Source: Harriotta raleighana
Taxonomy: Eukaryota
Direction of reading: 5' to 3'
Assembly: GCA_050575255.1 (NCBI GenBank)
Contig: JBNZDD010013503.1
Span: 125,924-189,923, forward strand
DNA length: 64,000 bases
Positions 25,257-38,380 of this stretch are shown piece after piece. The notes below the pieces were generated by a model. It saw only the letters and a program-made list of their open reading frames with translations, was not told the origin of the DNA and ran no database searches. Position numbers and translations under genes: made by a program. The first letter of the stretch is position 1, and the number at the start of each line of letters is the position of its first letter.

Positions 25257-28200
25257 CTGCAACAGGAGCAGCAATGCCAGACTTAACACAAGTGTGAACT
25301 TGGCTTCAATGTCTGCATGTAAGTCTCTGAAAGGACTCTCATTACAGTGACTCCCCTTTCTCCATAGCAAATAAATACATACGATAGTCAGATACCCACT
25401 AGTTACCTTGGCATTAATCTTGGTAGTAAGGGACAGATTGAATGCCCTTGTTCTGAATTGTTTAATCATTTTGAAAATTTTAATGAGCTCCCCCATAATG
25501 TTAATATGAATTTGCCCAGGGTCTGTAGCCAGGCAAGTCATCAATGACCAACACCAACAGTTGCCTATTTTAAAAATAAACAACAATTCGCATTTATATA
25601 GCAGCCTCTACGTGGAGCAGTGTCACAGAGCGCTTAAGGATTAAATCAATTTTTGATGAGAAATACTGAAGTAGTTGCTGACTTTACTATGCCTTGAAAA
25701 TGTGGCATTGGTGGATGAACGCACAGAGTAATCTATCGCCAATAATCTCAGAAACCAGCAGTTTTGAGAGTATTAGGCTTTGTTTTGATGTTTGTTGGGG
25801 ATTTCTGTGCTTCCTTTTAGCCAGGTTGTGCTGCAGCTAAATCCTGGCATTCTGTCACTGTTGCCAGCACTCTTTCATCATGTTTAAAATGAAAATCAGG
25901 CCCCCCAAACATTGATCAACCCCACTTGTGACAGTGCTGAGATGACATTGAGTTTAAGAAAGTATAAACATTTTTAAAAAAGCAACGAGCAAAAAAAAAG
26001 AAGTGAAAGAATTGGAACAGGATGTGAGGAGATTGCTCTCTTTGCCACAAGGTTATTGGTGCAATCGAAAGAGATTTGAAATATAACATTTAGAAAGTCA
26101 GGTGTCATTTCAGATAACATTTTTTCTTTATTGGATGGGAATCTTATGGAGTTTTCCCCAAGGTAATTAATATTCTGGATCCAATTTACCATCAACTTTA
26201 TCAGTTCTAAATAACAGTTACACAGCTAAGGTATTTTGGCCCATTTGTTGCAAAAGGAGTCGATGTTCCTTGTATTATCGTGGGTGGTGAAGAGGTCAGA
26301 GGACAGCAGCCAGTCATACACACTTCCAACACCAGTGATTTCTCTATTGGATATTGCAGACACATTCATTCTGGAACCAGAAGTCTTTCATAGCAGATTG
26401 GCATTTGAGGATGAGAAGTTCTTCTAAAATGTTCCAGTTTATTTGGTGTCGGATACAACACTGACAGGGAAGGCCAGCTTTCCTGGTTCTTGGGAGAGAA
26501 ATGCTTCCACCAAGAGCAAGTTACATTCTTAAGTTTTACAATGTATTTTGTGAAAGGTCTTTTAGATGTCTCATTGACAAAATAGGGTGTTACAGCAAAT
26601 GCAAGGATTATTATTATTATTGTTGTTAAAGAAGTAGGAAGACTGTTTGTGGAGACCCAGATTAGTTGATTAATATTTAGTGGCAGCTGAGATCCAAACC
26701 CAACAAGCTATCTCAATGTTGTCCTCAAAAGCAGTCATGTTTTGTCCTGGAAGAGAGGTCTCATGCTGATAGGCTACTATCGCATATTAAATGCCAGTTC
26801 ATAGCTGGAGCTTATTGCCCCACTACAACCATTTTGCATAGGTAATGATTATACAATATGGCCTAGTTTGAATGCACTGCACACAACTTCTTTATGATGT
26901 GCTATATTGTTGAGCTGACACTGTAAAAAAGGGGAAAAACTCCACGATACACAGAAAAGAAAGACTATTAATAATGTAAAGAGAATTCTTATCCTATTGC
27001 ACCAGGAGGTGAGGTAGAAAGAAGTCTCAGAGCTAAGCTCCCAACCAGCTGGCATGAGGTGGAAGACATTAAAACCGACAACACATTCACGTCAGAATTT
27101 GTAAGCATCTCACGAGGCAACGTTTTAAAACAAAACTCTTCCAATCATTTAGACGGGCACAGTTCAAAACCTCTGAGAGTGTTTAGACGAGGCAGAGACG
27201 ACCCAAAACAGAAGAGCATTTAATCATTATCCCTTGTTGACTGGTCATCTAATGACCACTAAAAGTCAGATCATTCTACCACATATTCAATTTGAGGCTG
27301 GTCTGGCAGTGTTCTGAATTCACTAATAGGTTACTATGGCTCTGCACGGTATTTGTGTGCAGTACAGATCCCAGATCAGTATCCCCCTAGGAGAAGGAAT
27401 AAATTGAACAGAGATATCGTTGGCACATTTTTTTTGAAGTGATACATGAAAGGCACATAGACTTTATAGGCTGTTGTTCACTTCTATTAAATATTTTACA
27501 GAGGGGGGTTTAAATTTTTCCTTATTGCATTGGGTTCATCTGCAGGACAACGTAATTATTCAGAAACACTGGCTATCATTAATTTATTTGGCAAAATGTA
27601 AAGAAGATGGTAAAGAACTGCGCCTGGCTTAATATCCAAGTGAACCAGTTGTCCTATGCGCACACGTCCTGCAGTGACATGTACATTGAATACAAATTAG
27701 AAGCTGAACCTTATATCTGTGTTGCAGTTCTCATTTTCAATTCGAATACTGTACTGCAATCTTAAGTCTCAGGTGGATAAAAGGAAAGCATCTTTCTGAA
27801 TATCAGCTAATGCCACATTTGCAAGTCTTGAGGAGATCAGTGTGCATAAGATCATTTCTAGCAAGCTATATGTGAATTGCTTTGTACTGTTCCACTGATG
27901 GAAACTATTCCTGGTTTGGGATTAAACCCTTTTCATCATAAAGCCCCATCTGGTCCTGGGTCCACGTCAGTCAAACCTTTCCCTTTAAACTTGCTGCTTT
28001 GATTCTAGATCAATTTATTCAACCGCATTTGTGTGACTCAATGAAAGGACAGCATCATTTAAACCAAAAGTATTTCCTTCATGTAACGACCATAATTAAA
28101 AACAATGGTTATGAAGGAATAGAAACAGGATAATATTTTTGATAGTGCTTCAAAGGCTGACAGCTGTCAGTGGCCTTGAAGATGCTAATCAGAAATGGAA

Positions 28201-28817
28201 CAAGAAGTTCCCATTAAGGGCTGTGTCTGGGAAACAAGTCAGCTTATAATGAAATAAACCATCTCAGACACATCCTTGTGTTTGCAATCTGTCAGGATAT
28301 GTATTTTCCTGTTTATTGTGTGCCATATTAACTGTTCAGCAGACACCACATTTTGCAAGGAGACTAGAAAGGAATGCTTTGATATTGTCGCATTCTATGA
28401 CTATCGCGTTACATATTTTTCTATAATTATCACACATTGGTACAGGAAAGTAACACACAGGAAACCTAGATCTTTTGACACACAGCATTGCACACACGGT
28501 TGAGGAAGAGTAGAGGTTAGGAGTATTTTGGGGGAAGGATTTGTTGATTTACAACATTTAAATCGGACAACTTGAAAAGAATGAATGAATTATAATCGTC
28601 AGGAGAAGAGTTGCCTCCCAAACCAGAGCTGTTTGGAACAATAAAGATGTGGATTTTAGCCAATTCTCATCTCTCCTGACGTGGGACAGGCGCGGCTGTT
28701 CTCTCATGACTTCTCAAAAGGTCCTTCTTCATGGGCAAGCTTAGAGAGTGAGTGACCTCATATTATACCATCGTAGGTAGCAAAGGCAGCCAAGGCTGAC
28801 CCTGCATGAATAAGAAT

Positions 28818-28932
28818 ATTAATTCTTGCATTTGATATAACGCATTATTACATCATAGAGACGTCTTAAAGCACTTCATATAATATAAAGTGAATTGACT
28901 GTGTTTTGTGGGCAAAACATGGCAGCCAATTG
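28818..28932 (-). mobile_element. 3' fragment of the young SINE
   Basis: ttcttgcatttgatata...aaagtgaattgactgtgttttgtgggcaaaacatggcagccaatt. Confidence 0.7.
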
Positions 28933-29496
28933 ACCCCTTGACAAAGACTCTTTCAAGACGGGGAGAATCCCTTCATTTTAATCACAAGAAGGAGACTGAC
29001 TAGTCTATCCCCCCCTCTGTAGCCTGAGGTAACTTCAGCCAATGTTAGTATTGTACCTTAACTGTTGTCCCAGCTGAGATCAGTTGTCAGAACTGAAATG
29101 TGAGTCCTTTTGGAGTGTATTTCTTAGCGCTACACCATGAGGTACCTTTTCCCACTACAACAACAACAAAGACAGGCTGATGCTTTATTCTATGTGAAGG
29201 AAAAAGTAGGTGCAAACAACAAAGCCTTGGGAATGATGGGGAAAATGGTGGAATGGACGTAGCATCACTTTTCCCAAGGCCTCACTTCTCTATTCTTTTG
29301 TTCAAATATACAGAAGGGAATTTCTGCTGGAGACTTGGTCAAAAACCTTCAATTTCAGAAGAGGGAATAATTATGTTCAAGCATGTGGTAAATATGTGAA
29401 ATAGCCTAACCAGGGACGAGATAGAAGTCAAGTCAGCAAATTCAAGAGAGAATTCGATAGCTACTTGGTGAAGAATTCAATTGATAGGAGAGAAAA

Positions 29497-29552
29497 ACAA
29501 CAACAACAAAATTACATTTGTACAACGCCTTTCACGTCAGGAGAATGTCCCA
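29497..29552 (-). mobile_element. L2-type 3' tail fragment inside a degenerate CR1-like remnant
   Basis: (CAA)n aattacatttgtacaacgcctttcacgtcaggagaatgtccc. Confidence 0.7.
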
Positions 29553-30898
29553 GAATAAGTTTTTCAACACTAGGACTGACCAGATGGAACTACAATGGTC
29601 ACTTCTGCAGTGTATACAGTATAAAAATACAGTACAAGGATATCTCAATCAAGACCAGGACAGCACATAATAGGGTCAACACAATGCAGGATGGAGCAAC
29701 GCAACACAATCTCCACACATTGGGTTTCACATTTTATAGCAATATTTGCCACAAGGAGGCCAGGTGTTTTTCAACCACATGGCGAGAGAAATCAGAGGAA
29801 AGAGAGCATCTGTGCACCATACCACAGCAATAGTCACTGCCTCCAGGAGAAGGTGAACATTGGAGGGAAAGGAATAATAATGATTTCTTAGTGAGTTTAT
29901 CTGAAGCAGGGAGGCAGTGGGTAAGTGCTGCGACCGAGACTAACGTGATAATAGAGTCCTAATCTCTGCAGCTGAGGGCTTCATTCCCATATGCATAAAA
30001 AACGCAATTGCACGGCTTATTGCATGCACTCGTGTTGTAAAGGGTAAGTTTCTTACAGAAACAATGCTGTTAAAAAGACCGAAACGGTGACTTAAATGCA
30101 GAATTAAGCATTTTAGTTAGCGGATGAAAGAGACTTGAAGACTATTTACAAACATTGGTTGCTATAGTAAATTTCCACAACCGCAAGTGACCAAGGTTTG
30201 TTTTCAAGTTAAAATTATTTCACTCAGTGGAAAATGTTTAAATACACGGCTTGTCCTGAAAACCATTTGTCCTCTGTCAGCACCTTCTCATCATTTAGTC
30301 ATCTGCTAACCTCCACTGGTGGAGGTGGTGAAGGAAAGAGGTTGATTGTGACTATTGATCATTCACTGAAACTTTTCACAGTAAAGTTAATCAGGTTTTC
30401 GCTCAACTGCTTTCAGCAATTGAGATTACTTCCTAGCTTTTCCTTCCAGTTCACCCTCTTTACATGAAGGATCAGTCTTGTTGCCCGCAGTGTGGTCTTC
30501 CTAGTGCTTTATAGAACTAGAGACGTGTGCTCTGTACTGGAGCCCTAACCTAGGAGGAGAAGCTTGCAGCAGCTGAACCTGCTTCATTGGAAGAAAGATC
30601 GAAAAGAGTGTTTAGGTTTATAGAGTACAATGCAGGTCCAATGAGATACCTCAGAGAGTTTAAAAAACAACTGGTTCAGCTCATATTGTGAGCTAGCTGG
30701 CCATCACCAGAAGGAACTCAAACATCAGTGGAGGTTTACTGTTTCTTGATGACCAATGAATCCTCTTCAGAAACCATCACAGATGGGAAATTATCGGAGG
30801 TTCTGAATCAACTCCTGTTAACTATTTGTAGTCGAGTATCTAAAGCTTGGACACTGGGTGATAAACATTTTATCTCTGGAAAGAGTTACTTTAATACA

Positions 30899-31238
30899 TA
30901 ATAATAATCCTTGCATTTGATATAGTGCTTTATTACATCTTCGAGATGTCTCACGGCACTTCACAGAACATACTGTAAAGTGAATTGTATGTGTTTTTTT
31001 GAGTGGAACGCGGCAATAGTTGTGGATTGATTGAATCATTGTTTTTATTAGTAAGTATTATTATTTATAATTACTATTATCCTCACCAATCAACTAACAA
31101 CTGGTTTCCTACTTACTGCTAGGTAAATAGAAACATGTGGAGTAAGGAAACTTACAACGAAAAGCCCTTCCCAAAAATCGAACCCAGGTCCTTTGCTTTG
31201 TGAGGCAAGCGCTCTAATCAGTGTACAGAGGACTCCAC
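30899..31238 (-). mobile_element. Near full-length tRNA-derived SINE (diverged copy)
   Basis: Tail (TAA)n tccttgcatttgatatag. Head (reverse complement) gtggagtcct...gattagagcgcttgcctcacaaagc...ggttcgatt. Confidence 0.8.
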
Positions 31239-33369
31239 TTATTTATGTTTCATTGGCACAGTTCAGGGCTTGAATACAAGGTGTTGCTTCTTCAACCTCT
31301 TTTCCACTACGAGACACTTAGAATGTCATTATAGCCAAATAAACCATCCTCTACCTCAAAATTTCCAATCCCTCGACCCCCAAATAATCTTTGCTTTGGA
31401 TTAAAAAGGATCAGTTTTACTGTAATTTGCTCTCAATTATTCAATGTGTCCAGTTCCTAGCTCACCAGCTACGCGCGGAGGTCAGGATTAGTGTTAGACA
31501 GGAAGACAACCGATTTTAAATCCATAAGATTGACTTTTACAAACTAAAAGCATCAAAATTTCCAAAAGAGCGAAGATGCCACTATCAAAGTAAAGCAGCT
31601 TTGAAATTCCCTGACAGCATGCAAATGGGTTAATTAAAGACACTCCGCTACATCTGCTACACCTGGTATGGACTGAGCGACGTTGGGCGGACAAAACCTC
31701 TGTGGACCGAGAAATACATTTCATGGGTAGCTTTGGAAGACAGAGAAAGTTTAATGTAGATAACTCTAATTTGAGGAAGGATCAACGCACATGTATTCTG
31801 CCCAATTTGAGAATGAGCACAATCAAAAGACAAAATCAATCGCTGACTGTGTTGATCTTCAAATCTTTTCTTAATCTTTGAAAACAGCATGCATTCCTGA
31901 ATTCAATAACAGTATTTTTTGAGTTTAAAAAAAATTCACATTGTAAACTTCTTTTGTGAAAAAAGTCAACCAAATACATTGACCGTCATCGAGGCATGAA
32001 TCAGTCACATTCCACAGTCTTCAAGTCTAAATATTCTTCATCCAAATTGGATTTCAATTTTAACTGGAGAATGATCAAATAGCCCTCTGAAAATGCTGGA
32101 ACGCTGAAGAATTCCTCAGTACTTCTCAATTCCTGGGGGCAAACAGGCAAAGCTCAAGAGACGACTAGTTTTTGGTATATATAGGATCCAAAAAACAGAT
32201 TTGAATTAAATATTTTACTTTGATGTTCTGTTGTGTTAATAGGGCTAAATAAATGAGATTATTTTAATAATGGAATACACCACAAACCCAAAAGATTGAC
32301 TATAGCATTGAGAACTGGCAGAGTCCGTGTCTTCCGCCCACTAGGATTGTGAAACTGGAGATTAGTCATCCAAAGGACAAATTCTCAGCTCCTCAAACGG
32401 CTAGTGCAAAAAAACCATCTTCTCACCCTAAAGATATATGTTAGTTTAGGGCATTCGTTCGCTACCTGCGGAGACTGCGGTCAAAGCAAAATGGCTTTTA
32501 GGGTTTCACTGATCTGTTCCCTCTGTAAAATTGCTTCCCAATAAACATCTGAAGTTCCATTTGCCATTTCATCAAAGACATACTTGGTAGTGTTTCACGC
32601 AAATTGTTCAGACATATCCAACCCTTCGGTGGCTCCGAGTTACCCAGTACACTGGGGATGCAGGTTGCTTCACTTGCGGTTCAGCAATTTGAACATGGTC
32701 TCTTTACCGATGTTGAAAATGACTAGCTCCTGCCTGGGCGGCTTGAACAATCAGATCCAGGCACTCGGTAAAACCTAACGGGATTAGTGTATGATGATGG
32801 TTTCTTTTCCGGGCTCCTTCTCCTCCAGCAATGCTAAAGGATACAATCAACAGACATCAAGTGTGGGTGATGCCAAGAAAAGAAGCCACCCAGGTAAATT
32901 GCACGGCCCTTCACATTGTTTCTCAGCCCAACTCAGCAAACCACAGAGGGAGCCAGCCATATTCATCAGTGTTTTTTTTAGAAATCGTTTGATATCTGTA
33001 TCCTGTACAGTTGCTAGATTGTACGGTTAGACTTAATTTATTTAATTGATGACATTTTTTTCTTTGGTTTAAAATTCTATGGTACTGTATTAGATGGTCT
33101 AATCTCTAGCATGCAATTGTCGCTGACTCAAGCAAGATCTGATTGAGTTAATACAAAACAAATTGTATGTTGAAAAACTTATTACTATTTTTAATCCTTG
33201 AACCACTGTAAGGAATTCAACATCAGAGGAAAGCGTATCATCAATTTTTAGCTTCCTGCTGACTTTGTTTTAATGTATGATACCCATCCTCTTTCAATTG
33301 GGTCTTCCCAAAATTGAGGTAACTGATTTCCCCCCATAAAAGTGTCACTATTCTTTGTCCAGTTTCAGT

Positions 33370-35230
33370 GTACCAGACATGGCCGCGGAGAGCGAATGTT
33401 AGCCCGCCGCACCCGCTCCCTTAATCTTTCTGCAGTAAGTCCCTGCCAGGGCTCCTCCGCTATTGCTGATCGAATTGGGTTTCACTGCTCAAAAACACAA
33501 CCCATCTGAAAGTTTTTTTTCCCCCCAAGAAAGAAAAAGCTCAGAACTAATCTAAATCATTTTCCATGCTGACAATGCACATTTCATCCGTACGTTTGAT
33601 GCTTCAAATGTGTCCACAGCTGGGGGTTATTCTGTCAAATGGCTTCCAACAGTGACTGTTACTTTCAAGGATTGGGAAGGGGAGGGGTTGTGGGGGGTGA
33701 GATGAAATATAACAAAAATAACGGTGAAAGGGGAGAGAAACATTTCTAAACCTCGTAAATTCAATAACTCTCACGGTCAGCTGTCCAGGAGTTGCAAAAA
33801 TGAGGGGCGGGGGTTTCTTAAAAAAGATGGTGCATGGCATCCCACAGAGCAAAGTCAAAATACATAATAAAAAAAGTGAGCTCTGGACTCGCGCATAATC
33901 ACATAAAGCCCAAATGCAATTCCCAATTTATGGAAGAAATCCAAAATAATAGTAGCGTGACTCCAGGTGAAAGTGAAAGGCCAAATTTATCGCATCAGGG
34001 GACATTTTAAAGCTGGCAACCTGCAGTTTTTGCAGATTAAATCTTATTTATCCCCCATACAGCATTAACAGAACCGTACGCAGAGCTAATTCACTCCACC
34101 CAGAAATCGGCGCTCAAGCAGACAATTCCAGCACTCGCCGAAATGCATGTTATAATTGTGGCATTGATATAAATTTGTAAGTAAAACCCCCTTCAGTTAA
34201 GGAAAAAAAATTCCCATCAGCCATTTTCACCTGAGTGTCTTGCTTCCTCAGTTGCCTGGTCTGGTTTTCGTGTTCCACTATGGCGGCACGAAGCTGCTTC
34301 TCGAGGTTGTCGATCTCCCGTTGGTGTTCTCGGACCAAGCTGTCCTTTTCCGCGCTGTGCTGCTGGAATAGGTACGTCTTCTCCTGCTCATGCTCCAGCT
34401 TCAGTTCCACTATCTGATTGGGTGACGAAGAGTGCCGTTCATCAATACCACATCACAGTTACCATGACAACACTCCGTCCGCTGCATTTTATTGCCCCCT
34501 TTTCTCCTCATCTTTTTCCTCCTAAACTCATCAATTTTCCCCCATAAAAAGTCCCCATCGCTAAAAATGATTGCTACGTCACCATTGCACCACTGCTCTG
34601 CAGTAGTTAACCTCCCCCCACCCCACCCCCACCTCCCCTCCCCAGCCGGCTCGCTCTGCACAGCACGAATCCGCACCTCACTATTGCAAACTGACCATTT
34701 TTTTTCAGTCCCTTTCACGACCTTCAACAGGGGAGGGGTGGGGGAAAAAGAAAAAAAAACCCACATAGATGAATCTCCGAGATGGCTTCAGCACAAAGCT
34801 GTGAGTTCTCTATTGTTTCTCCAAACAAAAATTTAAGTTTCTCTGATTTAGGCAATGACTGTTGTATAAATATAATTCATATAATTTATATGGATACATA
34901 AAACAAAACCATCTTAATCCTTAGCATGTGAACCATTTGAAGGGATTTCTTCGGCTATTCAGACCATAACTGAAGATTCAATGAAACGCGCACAAAGGTT
35001 CTTTTTTATATAAAAAAAATTGCTAAAATTCGAATCGCGATTTTTCAGGGAGAGGATACACAGCGGGCACCGATTCTATAAATCCCGTCTCCATGCACAC
35101 AAAAATCATCCAATTTACAGTGGTTTTTACATGAAAGACGGAGCATTCTCTGGCTGTCAGCTATGTGATCTGAAATAAACAGACTTACATCTTGAGCAGG
35201 CCGCCTGCTGTGCTGGGAGCTCGCTATGAT
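33370..35230. promoter_or_regulatory. Locally CpG-enriched, repeat-poor region around exon H (candidate internal promoter or enhancer)
   Basis: Visibly more CpG than the flanks (ggccgcggagagcg..cccgccgcacccgc; atcggcgc; ccggctcgc; ttcgaatcgcga). Not formally computed. Confidence 0.4.
34231..34413 (-). CDS. CEP112: CEP112 exon H (183 nt): IVELKLEHEQEKTYLFQQHSAEKDSLVREHQREIDNLEKQLRAAIVEHENQTRQLRKQDTQ
   Basis: Acceptor ccaatcag|ATA and donor CAG|gtgaaa. Highly similar to CEP112. Confidence 0.95.
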
Positions 35231-36249
35231 TGCACATAAAGCCGTCTATTCCCAATATTCAGTTCCCAGTCACCACCAAGCTGGAGACTCTGACCTTGGC
35301 CAATCCTCAGCTCCCTCACTAGGCTTGAATGGTAGTGTGAAACCGAGGCCTACTCTCCACTGCTTTGATACTAATCCTCCCAGACTGTGCACAATGGCAC
35401 CCTACCTGGCCTGCTGACTATAGGCAGCGATGCTGGCTTTGAAGCAGGTGATGAATAGAGGCCTGCAAGACCCCAGATTTCCAGCAATCACAGGCCACAC
35501 AGCTGCTAGCAACAGTCACTTAGATTTTTCTTCAGTTTTGGTTGATTTTCGTCGGGATGATACTCGGACCAAAAGATAGAAGCCCGTTTTAAACACAGCC
35601 ATTCTCTTGTCTAACAGCTGATGGCTAGCTCACACCCAATGTTTCTACATGCGCAGGACATTCTAAGCATACTTAACCCTTAAGCAACTTTTAAACTGGA
35701 AACCAAATTTAATACATTCTGTCCCACGACATGATCTGAGCAGTACTTTTTCTCCCATTTACTACAGCCGCAGAAATGACAATGCTCTCCCTCCCCTCCG
35801 CACACAAACTGAAAAAAGACATAAAAAGAAATCCCTGTCTGCTTCGCACATCTTGTGTATCACTACATTACTAACCCACTTTGTGAAGAAGGCTCTAATA
35901 TTCATTAGTTGAGTTTCCTCCAGCTCATAATGAACCTGTACCTCGCTGCTTCACATCCACAATACGTTCCTCTCCCTCCCTTTTAAATTATTTAGCATGT
36001 CAAAAATCAAGCCACTTTAAAAAATAAATAGGCAACACAGTAAGAAAAATAGCCAAAAGGAGACTTGTAGGGCTAATAATTTAGGGGCACAAATCAGAAA
36101 GTGTTGAGAAAATAAACTTTGACTCATTAAAGCTGTTTATTTCTTAAATATAGAAGTAAAATCTTTATAAACCTGAACCATTATAAGTGGGTGAGGGGGA
36201 TATCTTTTGAGATCGGAATTATTGAGAAGTTAAAAGCTTATATCTGGTT

Positions 36250-36322
36250 AAAGAAACCTAGAAACAGTAATAGGACATTCAGCCCCTCGAGCCTGTTTTG
36301 CCATTCTACAAGATCATGGCTT
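36250..36322 (-). mobile_element. CR1/HE1-type 3'UTR fragment
   Basis: aggacattcagcccctcgagcctgttttgccattc..aagatcatggct. Confidence 0.7.
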
Positions 36323-37428
36323 GCAGATATTTATAATGCACAATATAAAATCGTATAATATTCTCAAAACGGTAACAACCTCTTGTAAAGTCGGTGTCTG
36401 GTAGCTGCAGACAGGAGTACACAAGGTCTCTGTTGTACTGAGAGAGAGAGGGAGGGGAAACAAACCTGAGAACCGGGGACAGGTTGTGCACCTAAACGCA
36501 CAAAAGAAAACTATTCATGATACTTTAAAGTGAAACCCAGCCCCGATTGGAAAGAGCAAAACAGACAAATTGAAACGTCGCTCAACGTGACAGTTTAATT
36601 TTGTATCACACACACTCTCCAAATATTAGTCTAATATTAATCTGTGCTCCACCATGACAATCAGGCAGGTTGGATCTGCAGGAGGTGGCTGCTTGGTGAT
36701 GTCCAGATTATGTGGGGGGGATTCAATCCTCGTGGGATAGGAACACTTTAAAAGTATTAGGATTTGTGTAAGGAACGGTTGCACCATGCGTCCGTCTGAG
36801 TAACATAACTCTTCTGTCACAGGCACCTATCAGAGAAGGCACCATCCCCTTGCAAGGCAGCAACTGGGTCTAGGCTCCAAGTGGCTTTTACATTCCCTTC
36901 AAAGTTGCTGGTTACTGGGGAGACAGTGCATTGTGAGGCAGTTAGCCGAAGCAAATCAGCATGTTATAATCAGGGGAGAGTGTAAATGCGACATGGCACT
37001 ATAGGATGGAAACAAATCATTTCTGTGCTCTCTTACACTGGGCTCTATTTGGTCAAATTCACAAAATAATAATAAGAATCCTTGCATTTGATATGGTGCC
37101 TTATAATGTGAAGTGCATTGACTGTACTTTGTGGGGGGAAGTATTTGTAAACAGCATTTCTTTAGCTGCCCTGATGTGTCTGTCTCATGCTGAGCCTCTG
37201 AAACTCTGCTTAGATCCTGGTCTTCTGCGAGGTCATATTATAGGCAAGGGAGACATTGACATGAAGAGTGTCCGAGCAGAGCTCCAGAGGTTGAGCCTGG
37301 TTACCTGCAGGACACTCAACTTACAAAACCTGCTGCAAATCACACAAGTTCAACCTCAATTTGTCCCTGCGACCGAGACACCAGAAATAAACTTCAGGCA
37401 AAAGTAAAAAGAATCTGATTAAACATAC

Positions 37429-37536
37429 TTGTTGTTCAGATCGGTGCTTGTGTTCCTCCAACTGCCTGGAGAATTCCTTTGATTGCTTCTCACGAACACA
37501 TTTTGATCTGCTCAGATCTACTTCAACCTTCTCCAT
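37429..37536 (-). CDS. CEP112: CEP112 exon G (108 nt): MEKVEVDLSRSKCVREKQSKEFSRQLEEHKHRSEQQ
   Basis: Acceptor ccttttctag|ATG and donor CAA|gtatgt. Confidence 0.95.
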
Positions 37537-38099
37537 CTAGAAAAGGCAAGAAAGAGAATATTTGATTTGAAGCTGCCATCACAGGGACAAAAATCTATAA
37601 CTATTTCACTGCAGCACAAAGCCAGTGTAGCTTTAAACACTCGCTGCCAGGATCATGGTAACCTTGCCGCCGCCATTTTATTTTAAAACCCAAATGAGAA
37701 ACTTTTTTTGGTTGTGTGGAAAAAATATATGAAACACAAAATAAGTTTTTTTCCCCCCAAAAATGGCAGAATTAATCAAATCAAAACAGGAACAGCAGCA
37801 AACTTCAAATACATTTAGCATTTTCCTTTGCATAAAGGCTGCCTCCTGTTACAAGTTCAGTCCCCAAACCATCAGCACACTGATCTGAGTATGAATTATA
37901 CAGTGAAAACGAAGCCATTGTGTTAACTCATTGCTGGCCACAGAAATCGTATGATTCCTCTATTGTATTTGTTTTACTGAGTAAGGTACCACTCGCCCCG
38001 TTAGTACAGAAGGTTGTGAGTTAATGCACTTACTTAGGGAATTGAACTTAGTCCAGGTTGACACTGTTGACACTGGTATTTCCTGGCGAGACTTCAGAT

Positions 38100-38380
38100 A
38101 TACAGAGCTCACAGAAAGTTTCAGCAAGGAGGAGGCCATTTGGTCAATCCTGTCTGGCACTACTCCCTGAATTATTATCATCCTTTATGGAAAGTTCAGT
38201 GACTTTCTAGCCAGTTTGCCACATCAAATGCAAGTCTTATTATCCCATATTTGTGCTCAGGTGTTTAATCAGTCCTCCTTTCCATTCATCCAACCTTAAT
38301 AGGCACTTATGGCAATAAATTTCACACCCTTACCACCATCTGGAATGAAGAAATTTCTGCTAACCTTTGCCTTAAAGTGT
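38100..38380 (-). mobile_element. Degenerate CR1 3' fragment
   Basis: ggaggccatttggtcaatc...tttcacacccttaccaccatctggaatgaagaaatttct. Confidence 0.55.

Noticed and set aside
24909-25586. 225-aa ORF as a standalone gene
   Set aside because: Only 25026-25256 is coding (CEP112 exon I with splice sites); the rest is intronic read-through and repeat tail.
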